Source of the DNA: Acidobacteriota bacterium
Lineage (GTDB): Bacteria; Acidobacteriota; UBA890; WLXD01
Length of the DNA: 64,000 nucleotides
Reading direction: 5' to 3'
Assembly: GCA_965248695.1 (NCBI GenBank)
Contig: CBDFKD010000002.1
Location: forward strand, 448,001-512,000
In this document: positions 27,839 through 37,893 of the stretch, piece by piece
How positions within the stretch are numbered: the first letter of the stretch is position 1
Layout of the letters: every line of letters begins with the position of its first letter
Position numbers and translations under genes: made by a program
Notes under the pieces: model-generated
What the model saw: the letters and a program-made list of their open reading frames with translations, nothing else
What the model was told of the DNA's origin: nothing
Databases searched by the model: none

Positions 27839-29967
27839 CCACGATCCAGGTCTTCTGATCTACGCCGCGCGTGGTGCGCTAGTCCCTCCTCCCCCGCCGT
27901 CTCCGTCATCTCCGCCCTTGCCCGCTGCATCTGCTTCGGCAGCGCATCCTCCGTCATGTACCTCTCGAACCACTTCCTCAAATACATCTGCGTACGCAAG
28001 AAGTTCGACGGCTTCGATGAGGTGCCGTGCCACTCGTCGTTGAACCGGATCATCGCAGTGGGCACGCGCAGCACCTTGAGTGCGGCGTAGAACTCCTCGG
28101 TCTGCGCGATGGGGGTGCGCAGGTCGTTGACGCCGGTCATGAGCATGGTCGGGGTGGTGACGTTGCCGACGTACATGAGGGGTGAGCGGCGCAGGTGCTC
28201 GCTGGGGTCGTCCCAGGGAAGCTCGTCGAAGTTGCGGTACCAGCCGATGCCGTCGGTGGTGCCGACGAAAGACAGCCAGTTGATGACCGGGCAGTTGGAC
28301 GAGGCGGCGGCAAAGCGGTCGGTGTGACCCACGACCCAGGCAGTGAGCACGCCGCCGCCGGAGCAGCCGTAGACGTACATGTTGCGCTCGTCGATGGAGC
28401 CCTCGGCAATGACGGTGTCGACGCCGGACATGAGGTCGTCGAAGTCCTTGTCGGGGTAGGCGCGGTTGATAGCGTTGCCGAAATCGGTGCCGTAACCGGA
28501 GGAGCCGCGCGGGTTGGTGTAGACGACGACGTAGCCGTTGGCGGCGTGGTTCTGCCAGCCGAAGTTGAAGCCGACGTTGTACATGCCGTGCGGGCCGCCA
28601 TGGATGGCGAGCACGAGCGGGTAGCTACGCGTCGGGTCGAAGTCGGGCGGCTTGATGACCCAGCCCTGGATGTCGAGATCGCCGGTGGACTTGTAGTTGA
28701 TCTCCTCCACGTCGCCTAGCTGGATGCCGGCCAGCAGGTTCTCGTTGACGTTGGTGAGGCGGTGCATGTCGCCGGGATTGTCGACGTCGAAGGCGTAGAC
28801 GTCGCCGGGCTCGTGGAAGCTGCTCATGGTGGCCACGGCCACGCCGGTGTCGCTGATGTTCGACACCGACAGCATCTGGTTGCCGTCGGTCACCTTCACC
28901 GGTGGCTCGGAAGCGTCGGCGGGGGCGAAGTAGAGGTTGCGGGTGCCGTGGTCGTTGGCGGTGAAGTGGACGCCGGAGGAGTCGGCGCGCCACCGCAGGT
29001 TAGACGGCGATCGATCGAGCTCCGGCGTGACAGTGCGCACCGTGGAGCCGTCGGAGCGCATGACGTAGAGCTGCCGCTCGATGTACGTCTGGTCGACGTG
29101 GTCATTGCCGATGAACGCGATCATGCTGCCGTCGGGCGACACCACCGGGCCAGAGTCGGGCCCCTTCCGATCGGTGAGCTGGATGGTCATGCCGGTGGCC
29201 ACGTCGAGGGCGTAGATCTCGCTCTCGCGCCAGTGGTACTCGGCGTCCGGCAGGAGCAGACCGGAGAAGTACATGGTCTCGCCATCGGGCGCCCACATCG
29301 GCGAGCCGTGATCGTAGTCGCCACGCGTTACCTGGCGCACCGGGCCGCCATCAGCCGGCACCACGAAGATGTGCTCGTAGCCGGGGTCGATGAAGCCGCG
29401 CCGGTCGCGCTTGTAGTTGGCGCGCTCGACGATGCGCGGCGTCTTGGTCCACTCGGCGCCCTCGGGACGACCCGGCAGGCTGATGCCCCAGTTGCTGTCG
29501 GCGTCCACACGGGTGCGGAAGGCGATGCGGCTGCCGTCGGGTGACCAGGAGATATCGCGCGGCGGCTCGGTGGCGTGGGTGATCTGGCTGGCGGCGCCCT
29601 CGGCGTCCATCCAGCGTACCCAGATCTGGTTGCCGCGCGGCTCGCCCTCGGCGAGATAGGCGATGCGCGAGCCGTCGGGCGACCAGATCGCCGAGCCACC
29701 TTCCACCAGCTTGCGCTTGCGCGAGCCGTCGGCGTTCATCAGCCACAGCTCGGACTCGCGGCCATCGTTCACCGCGTCCATCCAGCCGCGGGTATAAACA
29801 ACGTGCTGGCCGTCGGGCGAGATCTGCGGACCGCCGACCGACTGCATCTGTAGATACGTGTCGAGCGTCAGCTTGCTCGGGACAACTTCTTGGGCGGCCG
29901 CGATGCCGGCGAAGGCGGCAGCAACGGCCGCGAGAGACAGAGATATGGAGGTGGTTCGATTGCGCAT
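27829..29967 (-). CDS. S9 family peptidase with PD40 beta-propeller
   Basis: Signal peptide, WSPDG repeats, IHGGPH, GCSGGG catalytic Ser, DLRTP, EWHG. Confidence 0.92.
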   Translation of the reverse strand: MRNRTTSISLSLAAVAAAFAGIAAAQEVVPSKLTLDTYLQMQSVGGPQISPDGQHVVYTRGWMDAVNDGRESELWLMNADGSRKRKLVEGGSAIWSPDGSRIAYLAEGEPRGNQIWVRWMDAEGAASQITHATEPPRDISWSPDGSRIAFRTRVDADSNWGISLPGRPEGAEWTKTPRIVERANYKRDRRGFIDPGYEHIFVVPADGGPVRQVTRGDYDHGSPMWAPDGETMYFSGLLLPDAEYHWRESEIYALDVATGMTIQLTDRKGPDSGPVVSPDGSMIAFIGNDHVDQTYIERQLYVMRSDGSTVRTVTPELDRSPSNLRWRADSSGVHFTANDHGTRNLYFAPADASEPPVKVTDGNQMLSVSNISDTGVAVATMSSFHEPGDVYAFDVDNPGDMHRLTNVNENLLAGIQLGDVEEINYKSTGDLDIQGWVIKPPDFDPTRSYPLVLAIHGGPHGMYNVGFNFGWQNHAANGYVVVYTNPRGSSGYGTDFGNAINRAYPDKDFDDLMSGVDTVIAEGSIDERNMYVYGCSGGGVLTAWVVGHTDRFAAASSNCPVINWLSFVGTTDGIGWYRNFDELPWDDPSEHLRRSPLMYVGNVTTPTMLMTGVNDLRTPIAQTEEFYAALKVLRVPTAMIRFNDEWHGTSSKPSNFLRTQMYLRKWFERYMTEDALPKQMQRARAEMTETAGEEGLAHHARRRSEDLDRGYN

Positions 29968-30105
29968 GGCGTTCCTCACGAGCGGAAAGACTGGGCGATC
30001 ACGCTGAAGACGGTTACTCCTGGAAACGGAAGTAGCACGTCCGAGCGAGCGTTTCCACTGAATCGACCGGCCGTTTCTCACGCGTGGCCGTCTCAACCGG
30101 CTGCC

Positions 30106-30447
30106 ATGAAGCTGCCTGCGGGGGACCACGCCAAAGTCAGCGATGCGAAGATCCTGGACTATCTGCTCTCTGATACTCACCCCGACGGTGGGTCCAAGGC
30201 TAGATTCTTCCGACAGCTCGGCTATGAGCGTGCCTCCTGGCAGCAACTCAGGGACGATCTGACGGGTTCCCTGTCCGAGGCGAGCGTCGTTGCGCTAGAG
30301 CCCGACGAGCATGGCCAGAAGTACGTGGCACGCGCGATACTGAAGGGGCCGAATGGCGCGTCGGCCAGGATACGCTCAATTTGGATCGTAGAACCGGAGC
30401 AAACCATACCTCGCCTCGTGACCGCCTATCCCGGAGAAGAGACTTGA
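30106..30447 (+). CDS. DUF6883-like protein
   Basis: KILDYLLSDTHPDGGSKARFF..LGY..GPNG..IRSIW..PRLVTAYP. Confidence 0.75.
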   Translation: MKLPAGDHAKVSDAKILDYLLSDTHPDGGSKARFFRQLGYERASWQQLRDDLTGSLSEASVVALEPDEHGQKYVARAILKGPNGASARIRSIWIVEPEQTIPRLVTAYPGEET

Positions 30448-30665
30448 GCTACACATTGCTGGACCCCGTAGTGCTCGCTCGGGACCTGCCGGAACACGGT
30501 CTACGGAAGGGCGATCTCGGCACGGTCGTGGAACTCTACGAGTCGAACGGCATGGAAATCGAGTTCGTCACGCCCTCGGGCAGAACTCAAGCGTTGTTGA
30601 CACTCCGGCCTACGGACGTCCGCCCGGTGACCGAAGCCGACCTACTTGCGGTGCGCCAGGAGTAA
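30444..30665 (+). CDS. DUF4926-like protein
   Basis: LLDPVVLARDLPEHGLRKGDLGTVVE..EIEF..GRT; TTGA overlap with the upstream gene. Confidence 0.8.
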   Translation: MSYTLLDPVVLARDLPEHGLRKGDLGTVVELYESNGMEIEFVTPSGRTQALLTLRPTDVRPVTEADLLAVRQE

Positions 30666-30913
30666 CCCTCGACACTCCTCTGAGCATGCCCCGGCAGGGC
30701 GTGGTTCTTGTCTAGTGCAACGGCAGTGACGAGACGGAGGCTCGATTCCCACGCGGTCGATGATTTACACCCCGCCGCCTCGATGGCGGTGGTAGTTGCC
30801 AGCCACGCGGGTTCAGGCGTTTAACCGGGTTGACAGCACCCAGCGACTGAGGACCACTAGCCAGACTACCGACCCCGCGTAGCCGCCCTGCCGCCAACAC
30901 CCTGGAGTCCCCG

Positions 30914-32032
30914 ATGCGCCGTCCAAGAGTTCCCGCTTTCGGATTCTGTGCCACGTTGCTGGCGGCCATTGTTTCGCTGGCCAGCCCTTCGCACGCTACC
31001 CTGGCAGGCTCCCAGTCAGAGACCAAGCGCTACCTCTATCTGAGCACCCCCGACGGCGCTCAGCGCGTCGGGCGCGCCGACGGTGCCGGCATCCTGATCT
31101 ACGACATCGACGACGGCCACAAGTTAGTGCGGCGCATCGACATCCCGGTCTTCGAGGAAGGTCTGCGTGGCTTCGCCGTTAACCTGATCAACCACGCGGC
31201 GTACTACTCCACCACGCACCGGCGCGTCGGCGCTTTCGATCTGGAGAGCGAGGAGATCCTCTGGGAGCACGCCTATCCGAACGGGGCCGACCGCTCGTCG
31301 ATCACGATGGACGGCAGCAAGATCTACGTGCCGACGGGGTGGTGGTACGTCGGCCCCGACAGCGGGATGCTTGTGCTCGACGCGCGCGACGGCAAGATGG
31401 TCAACCGGATCTCCGACACTCCGCGGGCGCACAACAGTGTCGTCAGCCTCGATGGACGGCGACTGTATCTCGGCAGCGAGACCACGCTGAGCGTCTACGA
31501 CACGGCCGACGACAGCCGGTTGATGCAGATCAAAGACGTCGGCGAGGCGGCGATCTTCCCGTTCACGATTAACTCGGCTCAGACGATTGCCTACGTCTGC
31601 CTGTTCGATCACATCGGCTTCGACGTGGTCGATCTCACGACGGGAAAGAAGATCCACACGGTCTTCACCAACGACGGGACCATCCTTCATCGCACCCACG
31701 GCGTCGCGCTGACGCCCGACGAGACCGAGCTTTGGATCAGCGACCAGGAGGGCAACAAGCTCTTCTACTATGACGCCACCGTGATGCCGCCGGTGCAGAA
31801 GGGTGAGCTCGAGCTCACCCAGGGCGGCCACGGCTGGGTCACCTTCAGCCTCGACGGAAAGTACGCCTGGACCCACACGCCGGACGTGTTCGACGTCGAC
31901 ACCAAGAAGAAGGTCGCCACCCTGCGCGACGAGAACGGCAAGCCGGTCAGCGGCTCGAAGTTCTTCGAGGTTCACTTCCGCGACGGCAGGGTTGTGACGG
32001 TGAGCAACGAGTTCGGCCTCGGCCGCAAGTAA
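30914..32032 (+). CDS. Secreted YncE/YVTN-like beta-propeller protein
   Basis: Signal peptide; repeats SITMDGSKIYV, SLDGRRLYL, HGVALTPDETELW. Confidence 0.8.
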   Translation: MRRPRVPAFGFCATLLAAIVSLASPSHATLAGSQSETKRYLYLSTPDGAQRVGRADGAGILIYDIDDGHKLVRRIDIPVFEEGLRGFAVNLINHAAYYSTTHRRVGAFDLESEEILWEHAYPNGADRSSITMDGSKIYVPTGWWYVGPDSGMLVLDARDGKMVNRISDTPRAHNSVVSLDGRRLYLGSETTLSVYDTADDSRLMQIKDVGEAAIFPFTINSAQTIAYVCLFDHIGFDVVDLTTGKKIHTVFTNDGTILHRTHGVALTPDETELWISDQEGNKLFYYDATVMPPVQKGELELTQGGHGWVTFSLDGKYAWTHTPDVFDVDTKKKVATLRDENGKPVSGSKFFEVHFRDGRVVTVSNEFGLGRK

Positions 32033-32083
32033 GATCCGACGAACCGAAAACGCGAGTTCCGAAACCGCCTCGTCGGGACCACC

Positions 32084-35000
32084 ATGAACCCGGAGTCGAA
32101 CATGCGTTCTCCCAGACTCTTCGCCGCGTTGGTGTCCGCAGCCCTGGCGCTGGTGTCTGTTTCCGCCGCGGGAGCCGCACCGCAGGCCGACGACACCAAC
32201 ACAATCGTCGATCCGGCTCTCTACCAATCGCTGCGCTTCCGCTTTCTCGGCCCCTACCGCGGTGGGCGCTCCGGCGCCGTCATGGGCGTTACCGACGAGC
32301 CGCACACCTTCTATCTCGGAGCCTCCGGCGGCCTGTACAAGACCACTAACGCCGGCGAGACCTGGAACAACATCTCCGACGACGACTTCGAGGTGAGCAC
32401 CATCGGTGCGATCGCGGTGGCGCCGTCGGACTCCAACGTCGTCTACGTGGGCACCGGTCAGAAGACGATCCGCAGCAACGTCTCGATCGGCAAGGGGATG
32501 TACCGCTCCACGGACGCCGGGCGCAACTGGACGCACATCGGTCTGCGCGACGCCGGGCAGATCGGACGCATCCGCGTACATCCGACCGATCCCGATCTGG
32601 TCTACGTGGCCGTCATCGGCAACCCGTTCGGGCGCAGCGAGACGCGCGGCGTGTTCCGCTCGCGCGACGGCGGCGACAACTGGGACAAGATCCTCTACTT
32701 CGACGACGACACCGGCTCCAGCGAGCTGGAGCTCGACCAGAACAACCCGCGCAACCTGTACGCCACGGCGTGGACGGTGGAGCGCAAGCCCTGGACGATC
32801 ATCTCGGGCGGCGACGACGACGGCATCTACAAGAGCACCAACGGCGGCGACACGTGGAAACGACTCGAGGGCGGGCTACCCGAGACCACGATGGGCAAGA
32901 TCGGGCTGACGCTGTCGCAGTCGAACCCGGACAAGCTGTACGCGCTGGTGGAGGCGGAGCCTGAGGTGGCCGGGTTGTACATCTCCGATGACGCCGGCGA
33001 GAGCTGGCGGCTTCAGGAGACCAACGTCGGCCGCAACCTCTACGAGCGCTCCTGGTACTACACCCACATCTTCGTCGATCCGCAGAACGAGAACCTCGTC
33101 TATGCGCTCGCCGTGGGCCTGTTCAAGTCCACCGACGGTGGGCGCACGTGGGAGCGCCGCAGTGCCCCGCACGGCGACTATCACGATCTCTGGATCAACC
33201 CGAGCGACTCCGACATTCTGGCCATCAGCGACGATGGGGGCGTGCAGGTAACCCTGGATCAGATGGAAACCTGGACCACCTATCTGAACCAGCCGACAGC
33301 GGAGATCTACAACATCTTCGTCGACAACCTGTTCCCGTATCACGTGTACGGCTCGCAGCAGGACAACAGCACGATCCGGCTGCCGAGCCGATTCCTGGGC
33401 GCGCTGACGCCCTACGGCTACTGGCGTAGCGTCGGCGGCTGCGAGTCGTCGCACATCGGCTTCGACCCCAACAACCCGGTGGAGATCTACGCCGGCTGCT
33501 ACTCGGGCGAGATCAGCCGGGTGAATCTGGAGACCGGCGATCGTCAGGCGATCATGGTCTACCCGCAGTGGGAGTTCGGGCTGCCGGCTTCGGATCTGAA
33601 GTTCCGTTTCAACTGGAACGCTCCCATCCGCATGTCGCCCTACGATCAGTCGATCGTCTACCACACCGCCCAGAGTGTGGTGCGAACGCGTGATGGTGGC
33701 CACAGCTGGGAGGTGATCAGCCCCGACCTGACGACCGACGATCCCGAGACGCAGCAGCATTCCGGTGCGCCGATCACGCATGAGAACACCGGCGGCGAGA
33801 TCTTCAACACGATCTTCGCGTTCGAGGAATCGTGGTACGAGGAGAACCTGCTGTGGGTCGGCACCGACGACGGCAAGGTCTGGGTGTCGCGCGATGCCGG
33901 CGGCGACTGGACCGACATCACTCCACCCGGCATGCCGCCGCGCGGCACGGTGAACAACATCGAGCTATCGGCCCACAATCCGGGACGGATCCTGGTGCCG
34001 GTGAAGCGTTACATGCTCGACGACTGGGAACCGTATGTCTTCGCCACCAGCGACTACGGCGCCAGCTGGATGCGGCTCACGACCGGTACCAATGGCATCC
34101 CGGCCGACACGCCCGTACGAATCGTCCGCGAGGACCCCGACGTGCCCGGGCTGCTGTACGCCGGCACCGAGTTCGGCCTCTACGTGTCGTTCGATGACGG
34201 CGCCCACTGGCAGAAGATGCAGCTCAACCTGCCGCCGATCCCGATCACAGACATGCGGGTGCACCAAGGCGATCTGGTCATCTCGACACAGGGTCGCGGC
34301 ATCTACATCCTCGACGACGTCACGCCGCTGCACCGGGCCCGCGAGGCCCACGCGGCGCTTGCCGAAAGTTCTTCGCCGGCCTACCTGTTCGCGCCGCGCG
34401 ACACGGTGACGGCGTTCGGCGGCGGCCGATCGGGGCCAGAGGGGCGCGGCGGCGAGGGCCCGCCGGCCGGAGTGCAGATCTTCTACGCGCTACCGGGCGC
34501 TAGGGGCGACGACACCGAAACGGACGGCGACCCGCTAACGCTAGAGATCTTCGGCTCAAACGGCGATCTCGTACGCACTTTCTACAGCGACCGTGATCCG
34601 GATCCGAATCCCCGCGACATCGGCTTCGCCGGGCGCGGCGAGATTCGGCTCGCCGCCACGGCCGGGATGAACCGCTTCGTGTGGAACACCCGCTACGCGC
34701 CGACCGACCGACCCGACGGCATGGTGCTCTACGGGCTCACGCATGGTCCGCGCACCGTCCCCGGTGAACACCGCGTACGGCTGTCGGTGGGTGACTGGAG
34801 TCAGGAGGCGACCTTCCGGATCGTCGCCGACCCGCGCATGGACACTCCGCAGGCGCATCACGACGAGCGCCTGGAAATGGAGCTCCGCCTGCGTGACGAC
34901 CTGCAAAGCGTCTTCGACGCTCTCCGCACCCTCTGGTCGGTGCGCGAGCAGATTGCCGATCGACTCGACGTCATGCGCGCCGCCGACATCGACGTGACCG

Positions 35001-35320
35001 ACATCGAGGCCGCCGCAGAACCGATCCGGGCCCGGCTCGAGGAGGTCGAGTTACTGCTGTGGAACCCGCAGATCGAGGGCTTCAACGATACCCAGAGCTT
35101 CCTTCCCGGCTATGACAACAAGCTCGCCTACCTCTACTCGAAGATCGACCGCTCCGACCATCGTCCGACCACCGGTCAGCGCCAGCGGTATGAGGAGTTA
35201 CACGCCGAGATCGAGGAGGTGCTCGCAGGTCTGGACGCGCTGTACCGCTCCGATGTCGCCGACCTGGACCGCATGATGCGCGACGCCGGGGCGATGCCGG
35301 TCCAGGTATCCGTGCAGTAG
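32084..35320 (+). CDS. Secreted VPS10/BNR-repeat (sortilin/GH74-like) protein
   Basis: GPYRGGRS and many SxDxGxxW Asp-boxes. Confidence 0.9.
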   Translation: MNPESNMRSPRLFAALVSAALALVSVSAAGAAPQADDTNTIVDPALYQSLRFRFLGPYRGGRSGAVMGVTDEPHTFYLGASGGLYKTTNAGETWNNISDDDFEVSTIGAIAVAPSDSNVVYVGTGQKTIRSNVSIGKGMYRSTDAGRNWTHIGLRDAGQIGRIRVHPTDPDLVYVAVIGNPFGRSETRGVFRSRDGGDNWDKILYFDDDTGSSELELDQNNPRNLYATAWTVERKPWTIISGGDDDGIYKSTNGGDTWKRLEGGLPETTMGKIGLTLSQSNPDKLYALVEAEPEVAGLYISDDAGESWRLQETNVGRNLYERSWYYTHIFVDPQNENLVYALAVGLFKSTDGGRTWERRSAPHGDYHDLWINPSDSDILAISDDGGVQVTLDQMETWTTYLNQPTAEIYNIFVDNLFPYHVYGSQQDNSTIRLPSRFLGALTPYGYWRSVGGCESSHIGFDPNNPVEIYAGCYSGEISRVNLETGDRQAIMVYPQWEFGLPASDLKFRFNWNAPIRMSPYDQSIVYHTAQSVVRTRDGGHSWEVISPDLTTDDPETQQHSGAPITHENTGGEIFNTIFAFEESWYEENLLWVGTDDGKVWVSRDAGGDWTDITPPGMPPRGTVNNIELSAHNPGRILVPVKRYMLDDWEPYVFATSDYGASWMRLTTGTNGIPADTPVRIVREDPDVPGLLYAGTEFGLYVSFDDGAHWQKMQLNLPPIPITDMRVHQGDLVISTQGRGIYILDDVTPLHRAREAHAALAESSSPAYLFAPRDTVTAFGGGRSGPEGRGGEGPPAGVQIFYALPGARGDDTETDGDPLTLEIFGSNGDLVRTFYSDRDPDPNPRDIGFAGRGEIRLAATAGMNRFVWNTRYAPTDRPDGMVLYGLTHGPRTVPGEHRVRLSVGDWSQEATFRIVADPRMDTPQAHHDERLEMELRLRDDLQSVFDALRTLWSVREQIADRLDVMRAADIDVTDIEAAAEPIRARLEEVELLLWNPQIEGFNDTQSFLPGYDNKLAYLYSKIDRSDHRPTTGQRQRYEELHAEIEEVLAGLDALYRSDVADLDRMMRDAGAMPVQVSVQ

Positions 35321-35414
35321 CGTTGTCGTCACGCGGGGGCTCGTCGCATCCCGGCAGAACTTCGCGCCGACCGTGCTACTTTAGACGGTGCAAGACCTCG
35401 CTGAACCATGAGGG

Positions 35415-37871
35415 ATGGTGCGCCCAACCATGAAGACAGGTGCCGCACGTGCTGCGGTCGTCACGATCTGGCTTGCGGCTGGATGTCAGCCTGCCTGGAT
35501 TGGTGCGGGCAGCTTGCCAGCGACAAACGTGCTCTCGGCCGCGAACACGCTAGCGGTCACGCGCTGGGCCGCCGGGACGCCCCCTACTGGCCCGTCGGAG
35601 CTGAACCCGGTCATCGTGCAGTACTGCGTCCGGTGTCACAACGACCAGATGCTGCGGGGCAATCTGTCGCTCGAGACGTTCGACGCCGCCACGGCCCACG
35701 AGCGCGCGGCAACGGCCGAGAAGATGATCGTCAAACTGCGCGCCGGGATGATGCCGCCACCGGGCGCGCGACGGCCTGCGGCGGATACGCTCCTGACCTT
35801 GGTGGAGACGCTCGAGACCGTGGTCGACACGGCCGCCGCGGTCGACCCGAATCCCGGCGCGCGTAGATTCCAGCGGCTCAATCGCGCCGAGTACGAACGC
35901 GTGATTTACGATCTGCTGGCGCTGGAGGTCGACGCCAGCCGGTGGCTTCCAGCCGATACCTACCTTGGCAACTTCGACAACATGGCGGACGCGCAAGGGT
36001 TGTCGGCGACGCTGTGGGAGGGGTTCCTGCGGGCCGCAACGGATATCAGCCGCCTGGCCGTCGGTAACCCCGCAGCGCTCTCCGCCAGCACGAAATACAC
36101 CAACCCGATCGAGGTGTCGCAACACGCCTGGGACCACCTCGAAGGCGCGCCCTACGGGACGCGCGGCGGGATGGTGGTCACCCACGACTTCCCCGCCGAT
36201 GGGGAGTACGTCATCTCCCTCGACACCCTGTTCGGCAACGGCACCGGATTCGAGGACATCGACATCTCGATCGATGGCGGGGGCGTGGCGCTTCTCGCGC
36301 TGCCGCACGGCGGGCCTTCAAGGATTCCTTTGCGTACGGAGCCCGTCTTCGTTCGCGCCGGCCAGCGCCGCATCTCGGCCGCGTTCGTTCGCAAGATCGA
36401 AGGCCCGTACGAGGATCGCCTGAGCCCGCATGCGTGGTCGTTCGTCGGTGGCGAAGACTCGGTGGCCTGGGCGAACTACGGGATCACGGCGCTACCGCAC
36501 CTCAGCAACCTCATGCTCACCGGGCCTGAACGCCCCAGCGGGCTCTCGGAAACGGCCAGCCGCGAGAAGATCTTCAGCTGCCGTCCGGCGGCCGCACACG
36601 AAGAGCGCCCGTGTGCGGCAGCAATCGTCTCGCGTCTCGTCCTGGAGGCATACCGCCGGCCGGTCACGGCAGACGACCTCGCCGGGCCAATGTCGTTCTA
36701 CGACCGCGCCGCGGCGGAGGACGGGTTCGAGGTCGGTGTCCGAACCGCGCTACAGGCGATCCTCGCGAGCCCGCTGTTCATTTTCCGTCTCGAGCGACCG
36801 CCCGCCGGCGTGGCGGCGGGCGAGAGCTATCGTTTGAGCGACCTCGATCTAGCCTCGCGTCTGTCGTTCTTCCTCTGGGCAAGCAGCCCGGACCACGAGC
36901 TGCTCGAGCTGGCGGCAGACGGAAGGCTGTCGGACGCGGGCGTGCTGGAGCAGCAGGTCGAGCGCATGCTGAAGGATCCGCGGTCGAATGCGCTCGCCAC
37001 GCGGTTCGCGTCGCAGTGGCTGCGTCTACAGGACACCGAGGACAACCAGCCGGAGCCCTACCTGTATCCCGATTTCACCGGCCAGTTGCGTCATGACCTG
37101 GTACGGGAGACGCAGCTCCTCTTCGATCACCTCGTGCGCGAGGATCGCAGCCTTCTGGAGCTGCTCACGGCGGACTACACCTTCCTCAACGCTCGACTGG
37201 CGCGTCACTACCGGATTCCCGGGGTAACGGGCGACGAGTTCCGTCGGGTGAGCTATCGCGACGACAGCCGACGCGGCGTTCTGGGTCACGGCAGCATCCT
37301 CCTGCTAACTTCGATGTCGGCGCGCACGTCTCCGGTATTGCGCGGCAAGTGGGTGATGGAAGTTCTGATGGGTACGCCTCCTCCTCCCCCGCCGCCCGAC
37401 ATCCCGGCCTTCGAGGAAACCAAGAGCGCCGTCCAGGGCCGGCGGCTGACGACCCGCGAGCGGCTGGAGATCCACCGCGCCAACCCCACCTGCAACTCCT
37501 GCCACCGGTTCATGGACCCGATCGGTCTGGCGCTCGACAACTATGACGTGACGGGCCGCCTGCGAACGCGTGAGAACGGCGTGCCGCTGGACACTCAGGG
37601 CACGTACTACGACGGCACCGACGTGAGCACCCCGAGCGAGCTGCTGGACGTGCTCATGAAGCGTCCGATCCCGCTGGTGCGGAACTTCGCGGCGAACATG
37701 CTCGCCTATGCCATGGGTCGACGCGCGGAGTACTACGATCAACCGGCGATCCGGGCCCTCGTCCGTGACGCGGAAGCGAACGACTACAGGATGTCGTCGT
37801 TCATTGTCGGAATCGTGAAGAGCGTTCCGTTCCGCATGATGCGATCTGAAGCCGTAGTCGACCAACACTAG
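35415..37871 (+). CDS. DUF1592/DUF1588 family protein with two c-type heme motifs
   Basis: CVRCH, RLNRAEY, LASRLSFFLW, RTSPVLRGKWV, CNSCH. Confidence 0.9.
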   Translation: MVRPTMKTGAARAAVVTIWLAAGCQPAWIGAGSLPATNVLSAANTLAVTRWAAGTPPTGPSELNPVIVQYCVRCHNDQMLRGNLSLETFDAATAHERAATAEKMIVKLRAGMMPPPGARRPAADTLLTLVETLETVVDTAAAVDPNPGARRFQRLNRAEYERVIYDLLALEVDASRWLPADTYLGNFDNMADAQGLSATLWEGFLRAATDISRLAVGNPAALSASTKYTNPIEVSQHAWDHLEGAPYGTRGGMVVTHDFPADGEYVISLDTLFGNGTGFEDIDISIDGGGVALLALPHGGPSRIPLRTEPVFVRAGQRRISAAFVRKIEGPYEDRLSPHAWSFVGGEDSVAWANYGITALPHLSNLMLTGPERPSGLSETASREKIFSCRPAAAHEERPCAAAIVSRLVLEAYRRPVTADDLAGPMSFYDRAAAEDGFEVGVRTALQAILASPLFIFRLERPPAGVAAGESYRLSDLDLASRLSFFLWASSPDHELLELAADGRLSDAGVLEQQVERMLKDPRSNALATRFASQWLRLQDTEDNQPEPYLYPDFTGQLRHDLVRETQLLFDHLVREDRSLLELLTADYTFLNARLARHYRIPGVTGDEFRRVSYRDDSRRGVLGHGSILLLTSMSARTSPVLRGKWVMEVLMGTPPPPPPPDIPAFEETKSAVQGRRLTTRERLEIHRANPTCNSCHRFMDPIGLALDNYDVTGRLRTRENGVPLDTQGTYYDGTDVSTPSELLDVLMKRPIPLVRNFAANMLAYAMGRRAEYYDQPAIRALVRDAEANDYRMSSFIVGIVKSVPFRMMRSEAVVDQH

Positions 37872-37893
37872 AGCCAGCCAGGACAAGAAAGCC

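Noticed and set aside
29968-30246. 93-aa N-terminal extension of the S9 peptidase in the ORF track
   Set aside because: It overlaps the DUF6883-like gene; the signal peptide and RBS support the ATG at 29967.
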